Below are positions 51,974 to 64,000 of a stretch of 64,000 nt of DNA, in pieces (position 1 is the stretch's first letter; each line of letters begins with the position of its first letter). Source of the DNA: Octopus vulgaris (taxonomy: Eukaryota); assembly GCA_951406725.2 (NCBI GenBank), contig OX597819.1, forward strand, positions 121,272,001 through 121,336,000, given 5' to 3'. The position numbers were made by a program, and so were the translations under genes. Below the pieces are notes generated by a model that made no database searches, was not told the DNA's origin, and saw only the letters and a program-made list of their open reading frames with translations.

Positions 51974-52083
51974 TTCTTGCATGACTGTATATATGCATAG
52001 TGTTTATGTATCTCTAAATGCATTCCTGCGAGCATATTTGTAAGTGTAGAATCATAATGGACAATCATATACATTCACACACG

Positions 52084-52115
<32 letters not shown>

Positions 52116-52659
52116 CACACTGAGATACATACACAGATAGACAGATACGTCGATAGATATCCACATACAGGCAGACATTTCTAAATCATGTATAGAACAT
52201 ATATATATATATATATACATTATGCACTTGTACTATTGATTACCGGTCCTTGTATATAGATCTATTATACAACCGTGTTTTAACAACAACAACAACAACA
52301 ACAACAGCAGCAACAACAAAAGCAACTGTGTGATATCACATGCGCCCGTGTGTGTCGGTATGAATGTGAGAATGGCGTGCATCTGTAGATATATCTCTGT
52401 GTGTGTTTGTGCCTGTAGAGAGCGTAAGTGCGTATGTCCAAGATAAAGTCTGCGGCTTTATCGAAGGTGATAGTCTAGATTAAGGCGTTAAGCGTGTATC
52501 TTTATTCCGTATCGATTGGACATTATAAGAATAGCGACCAATCAAAAGTTCTATTGGATTAGCGTGTTAGTTATCTGATACTGTTTGAAAGCTGTTTGTA
52601 ATTCACTGACAATTGTCCTACACAGATTTTCATTTGAATTATAGCTCCTAGGTATAAAC

Positions 52660-53032
52660 ATACACTTACATATATATATATACATATATATATATACATA
52701 TATATATATGTGTGTGTATGGGTGTGTGTATGTCTGCACTTATCTATATTCATGTATCTACTTCCATTCCTTTGTTTATATACGTGTATGCATATATATA
52801 TATACATATATATACACACACACACATATATATATATATACACACACATATATATACATGTATACATATATATATTTATATATACATATGTCAATATATA
52901 TATGTGTATATATATATGTATATACATATATATATATATAATATGATATATATATGATAAGCATATAAGTATATAACACAGATATATGGATTTATATGTG
53001 TGAGAATATAAGCACATATATACATGTATATA

Positions 53033-53070
<38 letters not shown>

Positions 53071-53113
53071 ATATGTATGTATGTATGTATGTATGTATAT
53101 ATGTATATGTATG

Positions 53114-53153
<40 letters not shown>

Positions 53154-53492
53154 AGCATACATAAATATATATGTGTGTGTGTGCCCATATATGCGTGTGC
53201 CTCATGGATAGATATATTTTATATGTGTACGTGTGTACTTATACGTGTTTGTAATATATCAGACCATTCTAGATCAAATATTACATCTGCCTTGCATATA
53301 TTTGGCCTCTGTACAATTTCCAATCTTTGTCTTTAACAAGTGGAATTAAGCAAAGTTAATCTTTATTGGAAACGTCGCATTCTACGATGTTACAGAGACG
53401 GCAATCTTCCAATCTCCTTGTGAATCAGAAAATCCGCCCTTCATAATAACATAATCTACACTAGACAATGCTATACTGTACATAGCTAAGGT

Positions 53493-53583
<91 letters not shown>

Positions 53584-53882
53584 TTACACACACACAGATG
53601 TATGTATATATATGTATATGTATGTATATGTATATATACACATATACATATATATGTACTTATATATATTTATAGACTTACATGAAAATATATACGTAAG
53701 TACACTTAAGTAAATAATACACACACACTCACATATATATATATATATAAATTTGTATGCATAAACACACACATATATACATATATACATATGTGTGTGT
53801 GTATATATATATATATAAGTGTGTGAATATATAAGCATGTATGTATATATGTATGATGTTTCAATAAATGATACATCTGTAG

Positions 53883-53918
<36 letters not shown>

Positions 53919-53965
53919 CATTATGTATGTATGTATGTATTTATGTGTATGTATGTAATATATTC

Positions 53966-54028
<63 letters not shown>

Positions 54029-54110
54029 GTGTATGTGTATACACACGCACACACATATATATACACATATGTTATGTATGTATAAACTATATATATATAT
54101 ATATATATAT

Positions 54111-54170
<60 letters not shown>
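52660..54170. repeat. Extended (TA)n/(CA)n/(TATG)n low-complexity region
   Basis: Direct reading; short unique islands are interspersed. Confidence 0.93.
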
Positions 54171-54172
<2 letters not shown>

Positions 54173-54525
54173 CCCGTTTGACTGCTACCTGTTGCTCAAA
54201 AGATCTAACAGAATCAGGATTAGATAGACGGTTTTTCTGAAATATGTTTAGATTAAACAGAAGACGTGGCTGAAGCTGACCAATATCAGCAGCAGCACCA
54301 CCAGCACCAGCATCACCACCAGCAGCAGCACCAGTATCCACAGCATCATCTCTGTCGTCTTTACTATGGCCATCATTCTCATAGTTATCTCTTTCCTTTT
54401 CTTCATCGTCATGATAAACGTACATGATCATCGCCACCATCATTATCATCACCACCATCATTATCATCACCACCATCATCGTCGTGATCGTCGTCATCAT
54501 CATCATTAGCGTCATCATCATCATA

Positions 54526-54705
54526 TCTCCGACTTCCTACGTAACCGCTGAGCCTGGATGCGCATTCAGCCAGCCATCGATGCTCTCGGTGTCGGTGGTT
54601 GACCTGCTTTCTCTTCTGCGGGTCTTACGAATAGCAAAAGGACCACGTTTCGGTCTTCTCCCATCTTGCGAGCTCTGGGACGAAAACCGTTCGCTCGCTC
54701 ATCAT
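54526..54705 (+). mobile_element. 5'-truncated retroposon tail E within (CAT)n
   Basis: Near-identical to 59682-59834 apart from a ~20-bp indel. Confidence 0.88.
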
Positions 54706-55173
54706 CATTAATACTACCATCAAAAACGACAATAACGTCCCCCCCCCCACAACATCGTCACCGTTGCCGTCCTCACCGCCATCGCATTCGATTTCTTCAT
54801 AGATGTTGTTGTCTTACAGTTCCCATTTCATGTCATCCTCTTTCTTCAACAACAGTGATTGCCCATTGATGGACACCAGTCATTCATATAGTATAGAATA
54901 TTTCTAAACATTTGTCAGACATGCGACAATGAATCTATATATACATAGATCTTAAACCTATCTGTATACATGAGCATCTTGATTTTCAGACAGAACAAAC
55001 CACGTGCCCTGAGTCCGAATATTCCTTGGCAACACAAGGCACGTTATAAAAATCCGCCGAACCCCGTGTCTCAATGGCAAGAAACTTTTAGCAGCTCTTA
55101 TACTAATACAGTGTGCATTAAATGATATTTATTTCTGACTAGATAGAATGCGTTTTTGTTGATCCTTAACGAC

Positions 55174-55242
<69 letters not shown>

Positions 55243-55245
<3 letters not shown>

Positions 55246-55656
55246 GAATAAAAAATGGAGTTAACGCAGGTGTAATCAAATATTTTTACTTTCGACACAT
55301 GTTTCGAAAATTCCACTGATACTATTCAAAAGAATAAATGGTATAAACAATGCAATCTTCTCCTCAGGAAAGTGAAAAAAACGAAACTCGTCAATAAGAC
55401 ATTTTAGCAAAAAATGATGGATTTGTATAGCGATAGACAGAACGCTATTAATATTGTTTAAAAAACCTTATATGATATAACGTCATAAGTACCTAACAGA
55501 AAGAGTAGGGATATTAATAGTGAATGTTAAATATAAAGGAAATTAAAGTTTAGATTATATATAATTCTTTTGAATAGTATCAGTGGAATTTTCGAAACAT
55601 GTGTCGAAAGTCAAAATATTTGATTACACCTGCGTTAACTCCATTTTTATTCATAT
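55243..55656. repeat. Inverted repeat (~92-bp arms, ~230-bp spacer), PLE-tail-like
   Basis: Arms at about 55243-55336 and 55564-55656 are near-perfect reverse complements. Confidence 0.93.
55283..55378 (-). ncRNA. Type I hammerhead ribozyme with canonical core
   Basis: ACTTTC-CTGAGGA-GAAGATT....AATTTTC-GAAA-CATGTG-TC-GAAAGT. All core nucleotides are intact, the cleavage triplet is GUC (cleavage after 55294) and stem I is 6 bp. Confidence 0.85.
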
Positions 55657-55799
55657 TATACAAAATATTCAAAGTAAACACGAAGTTTCTACCTTTATAA
55701 ACAAGGAGTTACAACACCTTTACTTGTGAGATTTTTGCTGCCTTGGTAACTATTTATTTATTTTTCCGTGTTAATTGTTAACAAGGTAAAAATACCCTC

Positions 55800-55861
<62 letters not shown>

Positions 55862-56203
55862 ATATATATGTATGTATATATATTTATATATATATATGCA
55901 TGTGTGTGTGTGTGTGTGTGTGTATCTATATACGATTATAAACTATTGAATATTCGTAGTGACTTTTCGTACCAAATGAAGAAATCATATTTCGCAATTA
56001 AAACTCTTTTGAAAAGACGCGATTTATTAAAGTTTCACGAACGTATTCCAGTATGACTTTCGGTTCTTTTCTTTCTGGGTTCAAATTCCACCTAGAACAA
56101 TTTTCCGTTTGTGTCTAAATCAGATGATTTTACGAGTAAAAGGAAGCCTTTTGACCGAATCTTTAAAACATCATAGAAATATACTTTGCGATATAAGTTC
56201 CGA

Positions 56204-56771
56204 AGTTTTACATTCTGACTTCAAATCCCTCACTGAGATCAATTTTGCCTTTCATGCTTCCTGACTCAACAAAATAAAGAAGTATCAGTCACGTACTGGA
56301 GTCATTTTAATTGACTACACTTGTCAATTAATGTTAATTGACTGGCCTTGTCTATAGATTAAAAGCAGTTATCAAATCGTTAGCAGAAGTTTTTTGCATG
56401 TTGAAAAATGTGTTAAGTACGTGTGAACGAAAGAGAGAGGTGTATGAGCCATTGATGGATAACATCGAATTAATGGACGTCATCTGTCAATCAAATTATT
56501 TCATAATCTGTAAGAGTTACTGGGATTAGAGCCTGACTACTTCCGGTGTATCAACGGCTGAATCACAGTCATCGGCATATTGATTTAGTACAATAAAAAG
56601 GTTTAGTCCTGAGTACGATGTTGTTCTTAAGATTTCTGGGATTGAAACTTTCCTGTCTCATCGACTCAGATACCCACCACATTTTTTTTTTTTTAATTTT
56701 TTATATTGATTCAGGAAGCATGACAGGCAAAATTGATCTCAGTGAGGGATTTGAACTCAGAATGTAAAACT
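56204..56771. repeat. Inverted duplication (~70 bp) of a degenerate Nin-SINE segment
   Basis: 56204-56272 and 56703-56771 share private mutations (CCCTCACTGAGATCAATT, ATGCTTCCTGA). Confidence 0.85.
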
Positions 56772-57337
56772 ATATATATATATATATCTACTTAGCATTG
56801 TGGCCATTCAAATAAAAACGATATTTAACACAGCAAAATTTAACATGCAGCCTTTTCTGAATATTGGTATAGTCAGCATGGTACACTCCAGGAAGTGTAT
56901 ACAGATTAGGGTAAGCATTTTGGTAAAGGCATTTACAGAACTACATCGTATGAAATGCCTGAAACTTCTATCAGCCTACTGACGACATCAGTCAAACAGT
57001 CTTGGCTGGTTGCACGAAACCTTTTGATCTTACTTTATATTCGTAGTTAATATACTAACACACAGATAGAGACAAACACACACACACACACACATACAAG
57101 AACATACATTCGTACACGTTTACAAACTTACACCCGCTCAAAGTAACTATACCCATGCATGCATATATTTCTATATATATTGGAATTTACAAAAAAAAGA
57201 AAAGAAACACAGAAAAGAACACAGAACTATACAGGGAGAGAAAATAGAAAAAGGTTTAGTGGCTAGCGATCAGTTATCAATTATATATGTAATACATAAA
57301 TATATATATACATAAATACATATACATGGATATATAA

Positions 57338-57426
<89 letters not shown>

Positions 57427-57864
57427 CATGCATACCTGTCTCAATATATAATATAAATACGGTTTTAAAGTATCTATATAGATCTCTAAGAAATGAGCAA
57501 AACTATATAGGAAAAACTTTGGAAAATTAAGATCGTTGTAATGGCGGGACATGTTCGGGCAGAAAGAAAGATATAATCACGGAAAATAATTAAAGATAGC
57601 AAAAATAAAAGAACTAAAGACAATAACAGTAAAAAGAAAAACAAAAGCCATATTATTATTTTTATATATATTTTATTAATTATATTTTGTTTTTATTCGA
57701 ATTCGTTTCAGTCAAATCTTTCCAGTTTTGTTTCTTGTTTTCTTTCATGTTGAGGGATTTCCCAGGGGATTTCCGAAGCTTCCCAAATATCATCTGCTAG
57801 AATGCCATTACTTCTTTTACAAACACACACACACACAAACACAACATACTTGCACACATACATT

Positions 57865-57917
<53 letters not shown>

Positions 57918-58364
57918 GTGTGTGTGTATTGAGTCAGACTGAAGCAAAATTACCTTAGCCTGCAAGCTTTCCTACTGGAGGAAAAGAAGTATAAATATAC
58001 AAAATATCAATAAAACACACTTAAAACAATGCGTACAAAAATATCAACAACAACAACAACAACGACAATAAGAATTCGTATTGGCCATCGCGGCGTTGGG
58101 ATAGAAACGAAAACGGTTTTACAAAGGAAGAAGGGGCGAAACATGGTAAGTACCAAGGTCGTGGGGTTTGGAAGTGCTACATAGTAAAATATATACAGAG
58201 ACAATATGAAAATGGACGCATGCACACACATATCCTCACATATATATACGCACATGCATACATGTATATATATATATATATATGTATCTATACAGATAGA
58301 TAAAACTATTCACACACACTCACACACATCTCCACTCATATATACACACATATATACATGCATA

Positions 58365-58438
<74 letters not shown>

Positions 58439-58586
58439 GATAGATAAAGATATTCACACACGCACATACATACGCCCACACACGCACAAACACACATTTC
58501 CACATATATAAACATGCATATATATGTATGTATATAGATAGATAAAGATATTTACACACACACACCTACGCGTGCGCACACACACA

Positions 58587-59435
58587 CAGTACTATGCAAA
58601 AGTCTTCGGCCACTTTAAACTATTGTAAATTTCTGCTAAATGTTAACTTATAAGTTGATACTTCGCATTGCGTTTTTCTACAGATGAAACATTGGCCCTG
58701 TTAGAATCATTTCCATAGCTAATCAATATATTTTGTAGTAGAGGTTCTGTGTGACAGGGAAAGATGCGAGACGACCACCAAAGATGGCCGTGCAAAAGAT
58801 TTTGGTCACCTCACATAAACCAATCAAGATAAAGTGTTTTAAAACAGAAAAATATCTAAAATGAAAATTTATTACATAATGTTCATTTCAAGAAGTTACT
58901 GTACATTGTTAATATTTCGTGTGGTTTCCCTTAGCTTCAATAATTGCTTCAATACCCCTAGAAAGAGATGCGTACAAATCCTTCACCATCTTCACAGGAA
59001 TGAGATGCCATTCTCTGTGGCTGAGCTCCCACAATTCTTCTGAACTGCAAGGATTCTACTGACGAACTCTTCTCTTTAGTTCTGTCCACATTTGCTTCAT
59101 AATATTTAAGTCAGGGTTCTGAGCTGGCCAATCTTTCAATACGGTAACATCTTCACCGGCCAGACTCTGTTGTGTTGCACGCGATGTGTGGCAAGAAGCT
59201 CCGTCATGCTGAAAAATCTCATCTTCATCCAAGTCTGATATCAAATTGTCCTCCAGCAACTGGAGGTATTTCGACACTATTCAAGTCACCGACAATTTTA
59301 ACCAACTTCCTTGAACCATCACTTTTTATGTATCTCCAAAGCATCAGAATCTTACCCCTAAACTTCACTGTTTTCGTCGTGTGACATGGGTCGTTTCACT
59401 TACTAATAAGCGAGAATTTGTCAGAAGGCCTCCAG
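58587..59435 (-). mobile_element. Tc1-like transposon 3' half (DDE domain remnant plus one TIR)
   Basis: KTVKFRGKILMLW...KYLQLLE...IFQHDGASCHTS...DWPAQNPDLNIMKQMWTELKRRV; terminus CAGTACTATGCAAAAGT. Confidence 0.9.
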
Positions 59436-59487
59436 GAAGGAGAGGTGGGGGTAAAAACAACAACAGCAAATCAGTAACAACAGCAGT

Positions 59488-59850
59488 GGAGGTGCAATGG
59501 CCCAATGGTTAGGGCAGCGGACTCGCGGTCGAAGGATCACGGTTTCGATTCCTAGACCGGGCGTTGTGTGTGTTTATTGAGCGAAAACACCTAAAGCTCC
59601 ACGAGGCTCCGGCAGGGGGGGGCGACCCCTGTTGTACTCTTTCGCTCCAACTTTCTCTCACTCTTTCTTCCTGTTTCTTGTCCCCGACTTCCTACGCAGC
59701 CGCTGAGCCTGGATGCGCATTCGTCCATCCGTCGATGCTCTCGGTGTCGGGGGTTGACCTGCTTTCTCTTCTGCGGGTCTTACGAATAGCAAAGGACCAC
59801 GTTTCGGACTTCTAGGACGAAGACCGCTTCGCTCAACAGCAACAGCAACA
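59488..59850 (+). mobile_element. tRNA(Arg-like)-derived SINE, family E
   Basis: A box TGGCCCAATGG, B box GTTTCGATTCC and an (AACAGC)n tail. CAACAGCAGT occurs on both sides as a possible TSD. Confidence 0.88.
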
Positions 59851-60367
59851 GCAGTAATAACAGCAAACCAAATTGAGAACTTTGGGGTGAAGATTCCGAT
59901 CAAATGTCGATACCAAATATTGTATTTAAGCAGAAGGTTGAGGACGTTCAAAATAGATATTCCATGATGCCTTTATTTTTAAATATTTTCATCTATTTTA
60001 TTTATTTGCACGAGATTTATAGATAGAAGGATAATAGAAAAAGAATTGAACGATATTTTTGTTTAATAATTACAATTGTTTCGACGTATTCTAAAACTTG
60101 TATATTTGTTGAGATGATAACATAACATTGAATTATCACGACCCTTCATTAAAGGTGTAAGATCCGCTTCTTCCGGTGATTACTCGAATCACGGCGGTGA
60201 AACGCACGTAGGAACAAATAATAACAAATGATATCAACCTATGTTTACCATAATTATACACACACACAAACGCACACACATACACATAATGAAATTAATA
60301 AAGATCAGAAGAACGAGATTTATACATCCAAATTTTATTTTGCAATTATTTGCAGCATTCTTGCCTT

Positions 60368-60454
60368 GGTCCTACGCACGTTTTGGCTGCATCCACTGCA
60401 CGCTATTATGTGTGCATCTTGGTGTTAATGGTCGGTGCAGCTTCTTCAGGGTCC
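60368..60454 (-). ncRNA. Degenerate type I hammerhead motif
   Basis: GGACC-CTGAAGA-A-GCTGCA....TGCAGC-CAAAA-CGTGCG-TA-GGACC, with G12 mutated. Confidence 0.55.
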
Positions 60455-61106
60455 GTTTTTTTTGCTGCCGTTCGAGGATCGTCTGAAGAAAACTATGGGA
60501 CTGACTGAATAAGATGAAATTTAAAAATTAAAATAAGATAAAAATGAAAATAAGCAAGATAGAAATAAGAAAGATAAAAATAAGACTAATACGAATTTAA
60601 GTATATTAATTTGTTCTCTAAAAAATAATTATAAAACATACACAATTAGCTGGAAATAATTTGTAGAGCTAAACCGTATTGTAGAGGACGCAAACACTGT
60701 GAAATAAGTAATGAGGAAATATACCAAAATTTTACCTCTAAACTTAATCTGATAAACCATAGGCAAGAGCGCGGTTCAGGTGCGTTCATGCGTCTAAAGA
60801 AATTTAAGTAAGCGCATTATACAAACTACTAGACTTAGAATAAGAATGAAGTAATTAAAAATCAAATAATGGATTTGAATTAAGTGAACACCTCTAAAAA
60901 TAAAAATAATTAAAAACTTTTAAAAGAGTCGAAGAGAAAGATTACAGTTGATAAAATTGAATATAAGCAGGATACTTAATTTAGTATAATATAACAAGAA
61001 AAAAATAAACCTATAGATTAATAATTATAAAAATAAATAATAAACCAGAAATGTAATTGAGTAACTCAAAAAGAAAAGAAGAATACTCTTCTAAATTATA
61101 TTTCTC

Positions 61107-61551
<445 letters not shown>

Positions 61552-61675
61552 GATATAATTAATTTGTTCAAAAGAAAAAAATTATTTTCGAATTCTTTTC
61601 TTTTATGAGGTTTTCACGCTAACTACCTGATAATTTCTTGTTAAGATCCCTTATTAAGAGGTTATCCTTAATTGT

Positions 61676-61727
<52 letters not shown>

Positions 61728-61843
61728 ACTATCTATCTGTTTATCTATCTATCTATCTGTCTAGGTAGCTATTTATCGATCTATCTGTCTACCTATCTAT
61801 TTATCTATCTGTTTATCTACCTAGCTGTGTATCTATCTATCTG

Positions 61844-61882
<39 letters not shown>

Positions 61883-61895
61883 GCCTGTCTATCTG

Positions 61896-61954
<59 letters not shown>

Positions 61955-62775
61955 GTATGTATGTCTGTCTGTATGTCTGTCTGTCAGTCTGTCTGTTTAA
62001 CTATCTATTTATCTACATATCTGTCTGTGTATCTATCTATCTATCTATCTTTCTATCGATCTATCTATCTTTTTATATATCTTTCTATCTGGCTGTCGGT
62101 CTCTCTACCTGTGTGTGTGTGTGTTGTAATAAAAATAAGTTTACATTAATCTGAGGATTGCTTCACTAGAGGAAACTTCGAAGTCACTATCAAAAATGTA
62201 CATGTAAATGTATATATGTGTGTGTGTGTTTACACACGGATATATATGCTGAAACACTCTGTGTACGTATTTATACATACACACATGCATTCATACATAC
62301 ATACATGCATACATGCATAGAGGATGCGTATGCGTATATACACATGTATGTATATACGTTTGTGCGTCTACGTGTGAGCGTGGATGGCGGTGCTACTGCA
62401 CTTGCATCAACATCTCGATGTTCAAGAGAGATGTGTACCAAACTTCACCGAAAAGAAATGATTCCATCGTGTTCTATCTTTTCTATTCTTAGAAAATGAG
62501 AAATTTTTTTTATGAATTGTCTCTAGAATAATTCTAAGATGATAACTTTTACGTTTTGCTTCTTTCCTTTATAATTGAAGAAATACGTCTGTACATAGAT
62601 ATGTATGCATGTATGTATGTTTGTATGTATATGTGTGTGTGAGTGTTCGCGTGTGTGTGTGTATGTGTTATATATAAAGATATATATATACACACGCGTT
62701 CACATGTATATATGGCTGGGTCTTTTTTCAATTAGGGAAGAAGGGAAACGTAAAAAATTTACCAATCCAGAATTT

Positions 62776-62816
<41 letters not shown>

Positions 62817-63629
62817 TTGCCGTGTGTATGTTCGGGGAGAGAGAAAGCGAGCGAGAGAGTAATTCATAGAAGAATGAGAAGCGAAAGTATATATATATAT
62901 ATATATATAAAGGATTGGGGGGAGGGGTAAACAAACCAACGAAAGAAAATGAAATATATACTAGTATGTGTGTATGTATGTATATATATATATATATATA
63001 TATATGCATGTATGTATGTATATATACATACACACACACACACACACTAGTATATATTTCAGGTTTTTTCGCTTGATTGTTTACCCCTACTCCCCATATC
63101 CTTTCTTAGCTTGATACCAATTTTCTTCGTTCTCATTTCCCGCCTATCTTTTCTTTCCTTTATTTATTTTTTCTTTATCTTTTCCTTTCTCCACTTCATT
63201 TTACAACATTTTAATGTCGCATAATTTCCTTTCGCAGCCCCAAGAATTTGCTGCAGATATAGCTTTCTTGAAATTATATATAGACAATAACAATTGCAAC
63301 AATAACAACAACAATAATAACAACAATGAAACGAATAAAACAACGACGTAATCTCCCCTGCACGCCAACCATAAATAACTACAGCGGCAACTTCGAGTTC
63401 TAATTAATGTCATAAGGTCAGACATTTGCGGTGGGTTGTGGTCGTTGTATTGACACATCTCCCTATATCCGTCCCACCCTTGAAAAAATATTTTAAAAAA
63501 TACCCTCGAAAGATATGAGTAAATCTGCGAACGTCGGAATTTAAAAACCGAGCATTACGATATGTATTATCATATTGGTTTCAATTTTTAGTGCAAGGCC
63601 AGAAATTTCGGGGGAAAATACAAGTTGAT

Positions 63630-63780
63630 TACCGGATTTGATGGCCTATAAGACGCACGAGTGTATAGGACGCACCCTAGTCAACACTTTTGTAAAATAA
63701 ATTACCACTAAAATAATGTTTTAATTTCTCCACTTACCTGTATAACTTTATGTCATTACCTGTAATTATAAGCAAAGTAT
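63630..63780 (+). mobile_element. pogo/Tigger-like transposon end
   Basis: TACCGGATTTGATGGCCTATAAGACGCACGAGTGTATAGGACGCACC resembles Tigger-type TIRs with a doubled TATAAGACGCAC. Confidence 0.6.
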
Positions 63781-63794
63781 CCTTGTCTACAATT

Positions 63795-64000
63795 ACCTAT
63801 TTCTTTACTACCCACAAGGGGCTAAACACAGAGAGGACAGACAAACGGATTAAGTCGATTACATCGACCCCAGTGCATAGCTGGTACTTAATTCATCGAC
63901 CCCGAAAGGATAAAAGGCAAAGTCGACCTCAGCGGAATTTGAACTTAGAACGTAACGGCAGACGAAATACGGCTACGCATTTCGCCCGGCGTGCTAACGA
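63795..64000 (-). mobile_element. Nin-domain SINE (family B), running off the window end
   Basis: Reverse complement of 17530-17745. Confidence 0.92.

Overview
AT-rich, non-genic eukaryotic DNA, most likely from an octopus or other coleoid cephalopod (inferred from the SINE repertoire and the extreme microsatellite load). I find no credible intact host protein-coding gene; nearly all ORFs in the track are microsatellite artefacts. The window is a mosaic of: (i) about 30 tRNA-derived SINE copies or fragments from 4-5 modular families (Nin/Deu-domain, CORE-like and others); (ii) decayed LINE 3' ends (CR1-like x2, RTE x4, R4/Dong-like x1); (iii) a decayed Ty3/Gypsy gag-protease, plus two probable solo LTRs; (iv) mariner, Tc1 and pogo-like DNA transposon relics and a Helentron-type HINE; (v) many Penelope-like element (PLE) remnants. 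The main hidden signal is about 10 type-I hammerhead ribozyme motifs, several inside inverted duplications. One composite element joins a Pol III tRNA-like head to a hammerhead-bearing tail and is flanked by an 11-bp target-site duplication (25903-26364, with a third copy at 26641). It is a candidate ribozyme-carrying SINE mobilised by PLEs. A CR1-like LINE and the most common SINE also share a 3' tail whose stem shows compensatory changes. All calls are by-eye readings and boundaries are approximate.
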